A stretch of 64,000 nt of DNA from Rebecca billardiae RCC1528 (taxonomy: Eukaryota > Protista > Haptophyta): contig OZ251228.1 of NCBI GenBank assembly GCA_965240325.2, positions 1,426,001-1,490,000 of the forward strand, written 5' to 3'. Position numbers and translations under genes: made by a program. The notes below the pieces were generated by a model. The model saw only the letters and a program-made list of their open reading frames with translations. It searched no databases and was not told where the DNA came from. Positions 41,001 to 51,127 of this stretch are shown here, in pieces. Within the stretch, counting starts at the first letter, position 1, and each line of letters starts with the position of its first letter.

Positions 41001-42420
41001 CGCGCGGCGAGCAGACACGCGTCAGAGTGCGCCGCACCCGCGCGACGCACGGGCGCGAGGCGAGCGCGTATCTCAAACGATGAAGCGTGCGGGTTGACGC
41101 GACAGCGGCGAGAGCAAGAGACCATATTGCATGAGGGGCGACGCGGCGAAGACAGTAGATGATGTCGTCGCGCCGCCGAACGATCAGGCGGGGAGCCGGG
41201 CCACACAGACAGCCAGCGACCTTACCGAGCAGAGGGGCTGCGGCGACTGCGGTGCACCTCCTGCAGCGGAGCGTGCACCCGGCAGTGCTCGATGCAGGCG
41301 ATTCCCTTGCCCAGCTCGGCGCCTTCGTCGCGAGCAGCCCCATGGCGCCCCCGAGAGCGAAGCCTGATCGATCCGATGTGAGCGGTAACCAACCGAGTCC
41401 TGCAGGTGCGCCGCTGTGGGCCAGATTGGCAGTGCACCAGGACTCCTGCGCGCGGCGGTGCGCGCGGGACAACGCAGGAATGCCGTGCGAGCCGGATTCT
41501 TGGCGTCGCTCATAGACACTCAGTTATAGGTTCCCTATAACGCCACGTCTAGCCACTCCGCCATGCCCGGCTCGCACAAGGCGTCGGGTACGAATGGACT
41601 CTGGAGCTGGATGGTCGCGGCGCGCGGCGTCGTGGAGTAGACAGACCACGATGATCAATCATGGAACGATCAGGTTAGCTATGTTGGGATTTGAGCAACG
41701 AACGACAGCGGGCGCTGGCAGCGGCGTGGCGGTTGAGCTGCTGCCCGAGGTCGAGAGGGCGCCCGCGAGTCCCGTTTATAAGTTGGAGCGGGCGTCCAAG
41801 TAGTCGTTGATGAATCCCGTTTAGAAATAGAAGAGACGAGGACTGCGCGGCCGCGCGCGCACGATCGATCGCGACGCGCGGCGAGCAGACACGCGTCAGA
41901 GTGCGCCGCACCCGCGCGACGCACGGGCGCGAGGCGAGCGCGTATCTCAAACGATGAAGCGTGCGGGTTGACGCGACAGCGGCGAGAGCAAGAGACCATA
42001 TTGCATGAGGGGCGACGCGGCGAAGACAGTAGATGATGTCGTCGCGCCGCCGAACGATCAGGCGGGGAGCCGGGCCACACAGACAGCCAGCGACCTTACC
42101 GAGCAGAGGGGCTGCGGCGACTGCGGTGCACCTCCTGCAGCGGAGCGTGCACCCGGCAGTGCTCGATGCAGGCGATTCCCTTGCCCAGCTCGGCGCCTTC
42201 GTCGCGAGCAGCCCCATGGCGCCCCCGAGAGCGAAGCCTGATCGATCCGATGTGAGCGGTAACCAACCGAGTCCTGCAGGTGCGCCGCTGTGGGCCAGAT
42301 TGGCAGTGCACCAGGACTCCTGCGCGCGGCGGTGCGCGCGGGACAACGCAGGAATGCCGTGCGAGCCGGATTCTTGGCGTCGCTCATAGACACTCAGTTA
42401 TAGGTTCCCTATAACGCCAC
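38093..42420 (-). mobile_element. Family-2 non-autonomous split-repeat element as a concatemer: (A-internal-B)x4 - A2 - spacer - B2
   Basis: 874-bp units at 38925-39798, 39799-40672, 40673-41546 and 41547-42420 (B 225 bp, internal 176 bp, A 473 bp). A2 38452-38924; B2 38093-38360. Flanks are TATAT|GT and CCAC|ATATAT. No credible coding capacity. Confidence 0.9.
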
Positions 42421-42833
42421 ATATATTCACTGTGCTGACTCTGACACGTTTTTAAAATATACTAATAATAAGCCGGCCAGCGGCGCGGTCCGAGCCACAA
42501 TGCCGAGCGGACGCCGCCGGATCGCGCCACTGAGTCACAGTGAAGGTGCCTGCTAATGACCAGAAGTATTCATCTCCAACCCTATCCGCGGCATTATGCA
42601 GCAGGGACGCCAGTGATAGGGCGCCGTCTGACTTGGCACTGACGTGGTCTGCCGCGCGCGCAATGCGGCGGGCTGGCCGCTGCCAGCCAGGGGCTGCTAG
42701 TCGCCACCTCCGGGCCGTACCGTGCAATGCCAACAGAGCCGCGAGCGGCTCTTCCATGCCACCGATCAGGAGTTTTGGTGATTGACGACGACGACGACGA
42801 CCGTCACAATCGCTGCACCGGCATCGCCTCCGT

Positions 42834-43399
42834 TCAAGCTGGGTTTGAGATCGTCACGTTGACCGTGAGGGGCACGTGGTAGCCCGAGAAGTTGGATTGT
42901 GGCGCAGCAGGTTGCGTGATGTACTCCAGCGACAGGTTCGGAGAGTGCTGCCATTCCTGATTCTCGATCGTCGCCAAGTCCATGCCATCTCCAGAGACCA
43001 TGGCGCCGACGGAAAAATAGACGTCATCCACCTGCACGGCCGTGGTACGCAAATTAGTGGCGCAAGCATGAGGACGCGTGAGCTCAAGCACAGGGGCCGC
43101 GTGTGCAGATGCGACATGCGGAGGCGGCGGCGCGACGGCCGGGGCACACGCACGTTCGGCTGCTTGTACAAGACCGCCGAGCAGGTGTAAAACTGATCGA
43201 CCCCTTCGTTGCGGAGGTTGGCGAACCCAACCTCCTGGAAGTCTGCGGAGGCCCCCGCCGGCAGGGTGTCGGGCATGTCCATGGACATCGAGCCTCCTGA
43301 TGCGGGGTTGCACGCGCTGAAGCCGCCTTTGAAGTCGATGGAGCTCTTGTTGACGAGATGCACGTTCGTCACAAACGGGATGAGGTAGGGCTCGGTCAT
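42834..43399 (-). CDS. Small beta-rich hypothetical protein (147 aa); exons 43399-43154, 43031-42834
   Basis: Two overlapping ORFs join in frame via a GT..AG intron (43153-43032). Coding-like GC3. Confidence 0.65.
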
Positions 43400-43531
43400 G
43401 TCGTTCGTGAGCGGCTCGGGCGATAAAAACCTAGGCGGCCGGGGAGCGAGGACGGACGCGTGAGTTCGGCGCGATCGGCGGCCGGTTGACTCACGGTGAT
43501 TGGCCCAGCACGGAACGTTCTGGTGGTGAGC

Positions 43532-44636
43532 CAAGGGTAGTAAGGGTGAGCAACTCCGCTGGCGACAGCCGCGAAGGTCGGCAGCCCTCTGTTTGCCGCG
43601 AGCGGAGCGGAGCGAGTGCTATCAGCGGCGGAGGGCGCTGAGGCCGCGCACGGCGTGAGGCGCGGCGTCGGCCGAGTCGGTCCGCGGAGGATGCGCGGCG
43701 CTCGGCCCGCTGCGCAGCGGCAGTGCGCCTCACTTTGCCCCGAGCGCCGTCCGCCGCGTCGCCTCCTTCCCGCCTTGGAGCAGCACGCATGTGCGCGCCG
43801 CCACCTTGAAGGCGGCACGGGCTTGCTCAGACGACCGCGCGCGCGTGGCGCGCGACTTGGTCGGCTGCGCGCGCGCGCCGCCGCGGTGCAAGGTAGCGCC
43901 GCCGCATGCGCGCGCCGTGCCAGCGCGAGAGCGTGTGCGCGGACCTGAGTGCGACCTCACACACATGTCGAATGCTGCTTGGCATCCGACTTGCGGACTG
44001 ACGGGAAGCTGGAAAAGACAGCGGCGTGAGTGTTGGTACCATCGATGCGGAGCCTTAGCGTCCACTTGCATTCGTGCTGAGAAGGAACAGACAAGACTAG
44101 GCCTTCGTCCTGGGTATCCAATGTCACTCAACACCTCGCTGATCGACCCGACGAGTGCCAGCGTGAGGCACAGCAAATCATTCGTGAGAGCAAGCAGACA
44201 AGCGAGCACTACGCTCATGAGATGGCCGTGAGCAAAGGCTCGCGCGGGCACGGCGCGCGCATGCGGCGGCGCTACCTCGCACCGCGGCGGCGCGCGCGCG
44301 CAGCCGACCAAGTCGCGCGCCACGCGCGCGCGGTCGTCTGAGCAAGCCCGTGCCGCCTTCAAGGTGGCGGCGCGCACATGCGTGCTGCTCCAAGGCGGGA
44401 AGGAGGCGACGCGGAGGACGGCGCTCGGGGCAAAGTGAGGCGCACTGCCGCTGCGCAGCGGGCCGAGCGCCGCGCATCCTCCGCGGACCGACTCGGCCGA
44501 CGCCGCGCCTCACGCCGTGCGCGGCCTCAGCGCCCTCCGCCGCTGATAGCACTCGCTCCGCTCCGCTCGCGGCAAACAGAGGGCTGCCGACCTTCGCGGC
44601 TGTCGCCAGCGGAGTTGCTCACCCTTACTACCCTTG
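43532..44636. mobile_element. Non-autonomous foldback DNA transposon, P-superfamily (Galileo-like): 398-bp TIRs, 7-bp TSD
   Basis: 43532-43929 is the reverse complement of 44239-44636 with ~3 mismatches. Termini CAAGGG...CCCTTG. GGTGAGC is duplicated at 43525-43531 and 44637-44643. Confidence 0.9.
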
Positions 44637-44747
44637 GGTGAGCACCGGACGCACGACGCAGTCGTTCGGCAGTCGCCACGTGAACGCTGCCGGACCGCCT
44701 CGTCGGCCAAGAATCTCCGGCTGGCTGTGTCAATCGTGCGCATCGCG

Positions 44748-46414
44748 ATGGAAGCCGACGGCGTGGCCGCCGTCGATGTGCGCCCGGCGGCGATGGGGAA
44801 GGGGGAGGACAAGCTGTTCGAGAAGAAGCTGACGAAGGAGGAGAAAAAGGCCCTCGCCGCGCAGAAGAAGGCTGAGCGGGACGCGAAGAAGGGCAAGGTG
44901 AAAGCGCCCGCGGCAGGCGACGCGGCCGATGGCGCTGACGACGAGGCCACGGCCGCGCCGGGCGACATCACGAGCGCGCAGGCGCGCGTCGCGGGCGCGC
45001 GCAACGCGAACGCAGTGATTGCTTCGTCTCGTGGCGCGCGCGACATCAAGTTCGAGCAGTTCTCCCTGCAGATCGGCGGCGCTGAGTTTGTGAAGGACTG
45101 CAACCTCGAGCTGTGCCAGGGCAGCCGGTACGGTCTGATCGGCGAGAACGGCAGCGGCAAGTCGAACATCCTCGCCGCGATCGCGCAGCGCGACATCCCG
45201 CTGCCAGAGCACGTCGACGTCTTCCTGCTCCACGAGGAGGCGCCGCCCACCGAGCAGACCGCCGTCGAGGCCGTGGTCGGGCACGTGACGGCCGAGGTGG
45301 CTCGGCTCGAGGCGCTGGCGATGGCGATCGTCGAGGAGTGCGGCGCGGAGGACGAGCGGCTCGCGCCGATGTACGAGCGGATCGACGAGCTCGACCCGTC
45401 GGGGAGCGAGCCGCGCGCGCGCAAGATCCTCGCCGGCCTCGGCTTCGCCGACCACCTTGTGCCGATGGACCGGCAGACGCGGCACATGTCTGGCGGCTGG
45501 CGCATGCGCGTCTCGCTGGCCAAGGCCCTCTTCGCCGCGCCCTCGGTGCTGCTGCTCGACGAGCCGACGAACCATCTCGACCTGGAGGCGTGCGTGTGGC
45601 TGGAGACGCACCTCGCGCGCTACTCCAAGTGCCTGCTCGTCGTCTCGCACTCGGTCGACTTCCTGAACGCAGTGACGACGCACACGGTGCGGCTGGCGGG
45701 CAAGAGCCTCGCTTACTACGGCGGCAACTACGACACGTACTGCCGCGTGGTGGCGGACGAGGAGCGCGTGCAGCTCAAGGCGTACGAGAAGCAGCAGGCG
45801 GACATGGAGAAGCTCGCCGACTTCGTGCGCGTGAACAAGGCGAACGGCGTCGCCGCCTCCGCCAAGTCGAAGCAGAAGGTTCTGGAGAAGCTTCAGGAGG
45901 ACGCGATCTCGCGGCCGACGCTGCGCGAGCCGACGCTCAAGTTCACGTTCCCGTCCATGTCCCGCCTCGCGCCGCCGGTGCTGCCGTTCGACGACGTGTG
46001 CTTCTCGTACTCGGGGAAGCCCGAGGAATTCCTCTACGAGAAGATCTCCTTCGGCATCGACTTCGACTCGCGCATCGCGCTCGTCGGGCCGAACGGCTGC
46101 GGCAAGTCCACGCTGCTCAAGCTGATGGCTGGCGACCTGAGCCCGACCTCGGGCACGATCAACAAGCACGCGCACCTGCAGCTCGGGCGGTACCACCAGC
46201 ACTCGGCGGACATGCTGGACGACGCGCAGTCGCCGCTGCAGTTCATGCGCACCATGTTCCCGCCCGCCATCGTCAAGCGCTCAGAGGAGGTGTGGCGCTC
46301 CTACCTCGCGCAGTTTGGCTTCACCACGCCGCAGCAGACCGCGCCGATCGGCCTGCTGTCGGACGGGCAGAAGTCGCGGCTCGTCTTCGCCGTGCTCGCG
46401 ATGAAGGAGTCGGG

Positions 46415-46451
<37 letters not shown>

Positions 46452-46652
46452 GTGGACGCGGTCGACGGGCTCGCCGAGGCCATCCGCAACTTCGCCGGCG
46501 GCGTGGTGCTCGTCTCGCACGACTTCCGGCTGATCGACCAGGTCGCCAAGGACATCTGGCTGTGCAGCGGCAAGAGCGTCAAGCGATGGGACGGGAGCAT
46601 CCAGGAGTACAAGCAGAAGCTCGCCAAGAAGATGGGCGCGCTCACGGTATGA
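44748..46652 (+). CDS. ABC-F family ATPase (ABCF2/Arb1-like)
   Basis: Two NBDs (GENGSGKS / MSGGWRMR / LLLDEPTNHLD and GPNGCGKST / LSDGQKSR / LLLDEPTNHLD), no TM segments, Lys-rich N-terminus. Confidence 0.95.
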
Positions 46653-46813
46653 CGAGCTGGGCGGGCGGCTCGCCCGGGGCGCCCGTGGGCGTGGCGGGGC
46701 GCAATAAAATTCCCGGGACGCCGAGACTCACGTCACGATTTAACAGTCACGGACTTACGTGTAGACCTATCAGCATGATGATGGCCGACATACAGTGATG
46801 TCTCATTCGTCTC

Positions 46814-47100
46814 ATGGCCCGCGGTGCAGGGCGGAGCGCGCAGCGTGGAGCCCGCAGTGCGGGCCCTAATCACGTTTCAAAATATATTTAAATATATATC
46901 TTTGATGATCAAGAATATATATATAAAGGGACGGGAGACGACGAATTTAATAATTTATTCAGGCCCCTGGAGGGCCAGATTGGCCAGATGGAGGAGATGA
47001 CGACCGAGTTAAATATAAATACGAATTTTCAATTTTGAGATGACCGCGCATAGCGAGACATCCATATAGTACTCGAGCAGAAAAAACCGCGCCCGGCTCT
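46814..47100. repeat. Dispersed repeat family, degenerate copy 2
   Basis: Colinear with the reverse complement of 37290-37483 but interrupted by AT-rich insertions. Confidence 0.7.
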
Positions 47101-47372
47101 ATCGTTCATATTCAAATTTATCAATCCGGTCGTGCGGACGGGCGTGACGAGGGCACGAGCCGTGAGAGCTCACTTAATAGTCACTATGATATCACTTTTT
47201 GTGACGATGCGAATCAGCGAAAGTCGCCGGTTCAGGCTGCGTCGGTCCGAGCCGTAAGACGGCGCCCTGCCCAGGCGGCAGAGCCACACTCAGCCACGGA
47301 TGCCGCCGAGGAGCAGACGTCGAGATCGTTTAAGTTAGTAAACCGTACGTAGCCCGGTCGAATTCGGTCGAA

Positions 47373-49561
47373 TCAGCCCAGCTGGTAGTTCTGCCAGCCG
47401 CCGCTCTCGAGCCTGTCCGCCTTAGCGAGCACCTCCGCCTCCTGGGCGCGCATGTACGCGTCCATTGCGTCGAGCAGGCGCGGGCGCGCCACCCCGAGGA
47501 TGCGCACGGCGAGCAGGCCCGCGTTGGCCGCGTTGCCGATCGCGACCGTGGCGACGGGGACGCCGCGCGGCATCTGCACGATCGAGAGCAGCGAGTCGTT
47601 CCCTGCGGCGCGTTGGGCGGCAGCGGGCGCGGGGCAAGCGCGGCGGCGGCGGGGCGAGCGCGTGAGCCTCCGTGCGCGCCGCGTGGCGCGGCACCGCGCG
47701 CGGCGGAGCCAGCCCGGTGCGCCGCGCCGCGCTGCGCGCACCGCTCAGCGTGGACGTCTTGACGGGCACACCGATCACCGGCAGCGGCGTCATCGCCGCC
47801 ACCATGCCAGGGAGGTGCGCCGCGCCGCCGGCGCCTGCAATCACAACCTGCAGGCCGCGGGTGCGCGCCTCCTTCGCGTACGAGACGAGCCGGTCGGGTG
47901 TGCGGTGCGCGGAGACGATGGTCACCTCGAAGGGCACCTCGAAGTCGCGCAGGATCTGCGCCGCCGCCGCCGCCGGCAGTTACACGGCAGTTACACAGGG
48001 TCGAGCGGACACGCAGGGCCGGGTCATGTGAGCGGGCGGGCGGCGCGGCGGTGCGCAGGCGGGGCGGCGTGCGGCAGGGGGCGCGGCCTGCCCGCGGCAC
48101 GGGGAGCAGCGCGCGGCAGCGCGCACCTCGGCCGCCGCCTTCATGGTGGGCAGGTCCGAGTCCGAGCCCATGATCACGCCGACGAGCGGCGCCGCCGGCT
48201 GCGCGCCGCCGTCGGCCGCCACGCCCTCCAGCGCGCTCAGCGTGCGCATCACCTCATCGAGGTTCTCACCAGTCACGTTGATGTGGCCCATCTTGCGCTG
48301 CGGCTTGGCGTCGGCCTTGCCGTACCAGTGCACGCTCGCGCGCGGCGTGCTCAGCGCGCGCTCGATCGGGCCGAGGCACGCGGCGATCGAGCCGCCCGGC
48401 GCGTCCGCCGGCCCGCCGACCAGGTTCAGCATGGCCGCCGCCGGCACCTTGAGCGCCGCGCAGCCGAGGGGGAGACCGAGCACAGCGCGCACCTGCGAAG
48501 GGGGGCGGGGTCGGCGCGGGGCGCGAGGGCGTGAGGCGCCTCGGCGCCGCGCACGCCGCGCGCGCGCAGCCCGCGCCGCTGTCGCGCTGCGAGCGCGCCG
48601 CGCGCGCGCGCGTCTGAGCGCGCGGGGCGCGCGCGCGTCTCACATGCATCTCAAACTGATCGCATGCGCACGCGTCCTGAGTGTAGTGCCCCGAGTTGTG
48701 CACGCGCGGGGCGACCTCGTTGAAGAGGACGGTGCCGTCGGCGGTCATGAAGAGCTCAACGCCGAAGACGCCCGCGCCGGGCAGCGCGCCCACCACGGCC
48801 TGCGCCACGCGCGTCGCCTCCGCCTCGACCGCCGCCCAGTGCACGCCGCGCGGCAGCGCCGAGTTGGCGGGCGTCACGACTGTGTGGCACATCGAGAGCT
48901 TCTGCACGGTGTGCACGACGGGGTACGCCTCGAGCTGGCCGGAAGAGGAGCGCGCGACGACGCAGGCGAGCTCGCGCTCGAAAGGCACCCACCGCTCGAC
49001 GTACAGCTCGGCGCTGCCCGCCGCGCCGCCGCCGAGCGACTCGAGCGCCGCGCGCGCGGACGCACGATCCTTCACCACCGCGTTGCCGCGCCCGTCGTAC
49101 GCGAGCCGCTTGGCCTTGAGCATGAGCGGGTAGCCCCAGTCGGCGCCGGCCTGCAGCACGCTCTGCTCGTCCTCCACCGCGCGGAAGTCGCCCATCGGCA
49201 CCCCGCCCACCGACTGGAGGTGCTTCTTCTGTGCATACTTGTCCTGGATGATGCGGAGCGTGGACGGCGGCGGCTCGATGCGGAGGGTGGGCTGGGAGGA
49301 GGCGATCTTGTCGAGCGCGTCGACGTTGATGTGCTCGATCTCGTACGTCACCACCTTGCACCGCGCGGCCAGCTCCTCCACCGCGTTCGCGTCGCGGAAG
49401 TGCCCCGCGACCGCGCCGCGCGTCACCATGCCCGCGGGCGAGTCCGCGCCGAGCGGGTCGAGGATGACGGTCTTGATGCCGAGGCGGTGCGCGGCGAGGG
49501 CAAGCATGCGGCCGAGCTGCCCGCCTCCGAGGATGCCCAGCGGGCCGTGCGTGTTGTCCAT
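47373..49561 (-). CDS. ADE2: Phosphoribosylaminoimidazole carboxylase, fused PurK-PurE; exons 49561-48644, 48492-48127, 47955-47742, 47602-47373
   Basis: [33 protein letters not shown] and RKMGHIN (PurK); [34 protein letters not shown] and [14 protein letters not shown] (PurE). GT-AG introns preserve frame. Confidence 0.96.
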
Positions 49562-50349
49562 ACTGACAAGCGCGGAGAGGGCGGCGCGCGAGCCGACGAG
49601 ATCACGAGCGCCGCCGTCCCGGTCCCGTGCCGGCCGGAGCTCCAGGCGGGCTCTTGCTTTTGACGCGGCAATGCTGGGTCCGGAAGCACTGCACGCGAGT
49701 CCCAGTCTCAAGTCCGGTTGGGCGCTGATGAGCGGTGATGACCTACTTGCCAAGACAGTGCGGCTTGCGCCAAGGCCAAGGGCCGTACAATCGCGCGACG
49801 ACCGGCGACAGGCAGCACCTGACATGCGTCACTACTGTATGCGTGCAGTGATGACTGATGGGACGCGTACCGTGGGGAGTTGATGTACGTCATGGCGACG
49901 AGACACCGTCGAAACGGGGCGATTGGCGAAGACGACTTCACGCGCGGTGATTATCATTATGCCAGCCCGCGGCGTCGTGTTGAAGGGCGCCGCCACTGTG
50001 CCTGCATGCCAGCGTCGGCCACTCGGCCTGCATCCTCATGGCAAACGTCTCGGTACTACGTAGCCTCACAGCATCGCCCGGCACTGCGGACTGCCGCAGC
50101 CAATGACTTGATGTGAGTTGAGCCGAGCCCGACACGGTCACAAGTCGACTCACCAGACTCCCGTCTCCCAAGGCTGCGCTGATGAGCGACGCAGTCGGCC
50201 CCAGCGCCCGAAAGACGACGCCAATGTGTACCCTGAAGAGACGGCCAGCGTGCACGCCTGGCGAAGCGATCGACCACGCCTTCACGTGATGGGACGCGCG
50301 CTCGATCCTGCGCGCGGATGGATCACGTCTTGCGCGCAGCTAGCCGCCC

Positions 50350-50832
50350 TCATCGCCGGGCAGCTGGCGGAGCTGCGAGAGGAGGGTGGATCGGCGCACT
50401 CGAGGCGGGCATGAACGCGCGGTGGATCGCGTAGCACGTGACCGCTGTGCCCATCGAGCCCGCGGCAATGCCGAGCCCGGTGGGCCGTGTCGGGAGCACG
50501 CAGCTCGCGAGCGCACCGAGCGTGGCGCCTGCCGTGAACGGGGTCATGCCACTATCTGGGCCAAAGATGTGCTCGAGCGTGCACTGGAGCGCATTGTACC
50601 CGCCGAGGAAGGCGGCAAAGCCCACGACGTGCGCCCCGACGTAGCGGCCGACTCGGCGTGCGGTGCCGACGCCGCCGAGTACGTGCCCCGAATCGCGCGC
50701 GGTCTCACGCAGATGGTCGCGCGCAAAGTAGACGCCCCAAACGACGCCAATGTACGCACCGCGGAAGACGCCGTCCGCCGTGCGGTGGATGCACGGGATC
50801 TTTGGCGTGACAGCGTCGCACCGCGCGTTCAT
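50350..50832 (-). CDS. Tim17/Tim22/Tim23-family membrane protein
   Basis: PC-x-x-R...G-x-x-x-G-x-x-x-G...FAAFLGGYNALQCTLE...D...AGATLGA pattern with four glycine-rich TM segments. Confidence 0.75.
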   Translation of the reverse strand: MNARCDAVTPKIPCIHRTADGVFRGAYIGVVWGVYFARDHLRETARDSGHVLGGVGTARRVGRYVGAHVVGFAAFLGGYNALQCTLEHIFGPDSGMTPFTAGATLGALASCVLPTRPTGLGIAAGSMGTAVTCYAIHRAFMPASSAPIHPPLAAPPAARR

Positions 50833-51127
50833 GCAGGCGATGTGGCCCGCCGTCGCCGAGAGCTTCGGCGCAGCACGACTCGATGATCAGAATTGCTTGG
50901 CACGATGGCTTCCGTTCTCGTTCTTCATCAACTGCCTTCGCAAAAGCAGTACCCCTATAGTGCTTTACGCCCATAACCGGCGTTGATCGGTTATTGATTG
51001 GAAGTGGGTGGAACGGCTGGGTCTTTATCAGCTCGCCAAGCCATCAACGGCTCGCCATCATTGTTGCTGGGCACCGCAGTGGCTGTTGCTCGGTGGGTGC
51101 CCCCCACAAGAGGGCAACCCTCGGGCA

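Noticed and set aside
38093-42420. Repeated 69-223 aa ORFs in the 874-bp array as genes; array as rDNA, 5S or spliced-leader cluster
   Set aside because: No domain signatures or codon bias, indels between family-2 copies break the frames, and no rRNA/snRNA motif was recognised.
38093-42420. Canonical Helitron
   Set aside because: It has a subterminal hairpin and tandem copies, but ends are GT...CCAC inserted at T|A rather than TC...CTRR at A|T, and the architecture matches the RT element's split repeats.
47373-49561. PurK-PurE fusion as a novelty
   Set aside because: This is the standard ADE2 arrangement in fungi, plants and many algae.
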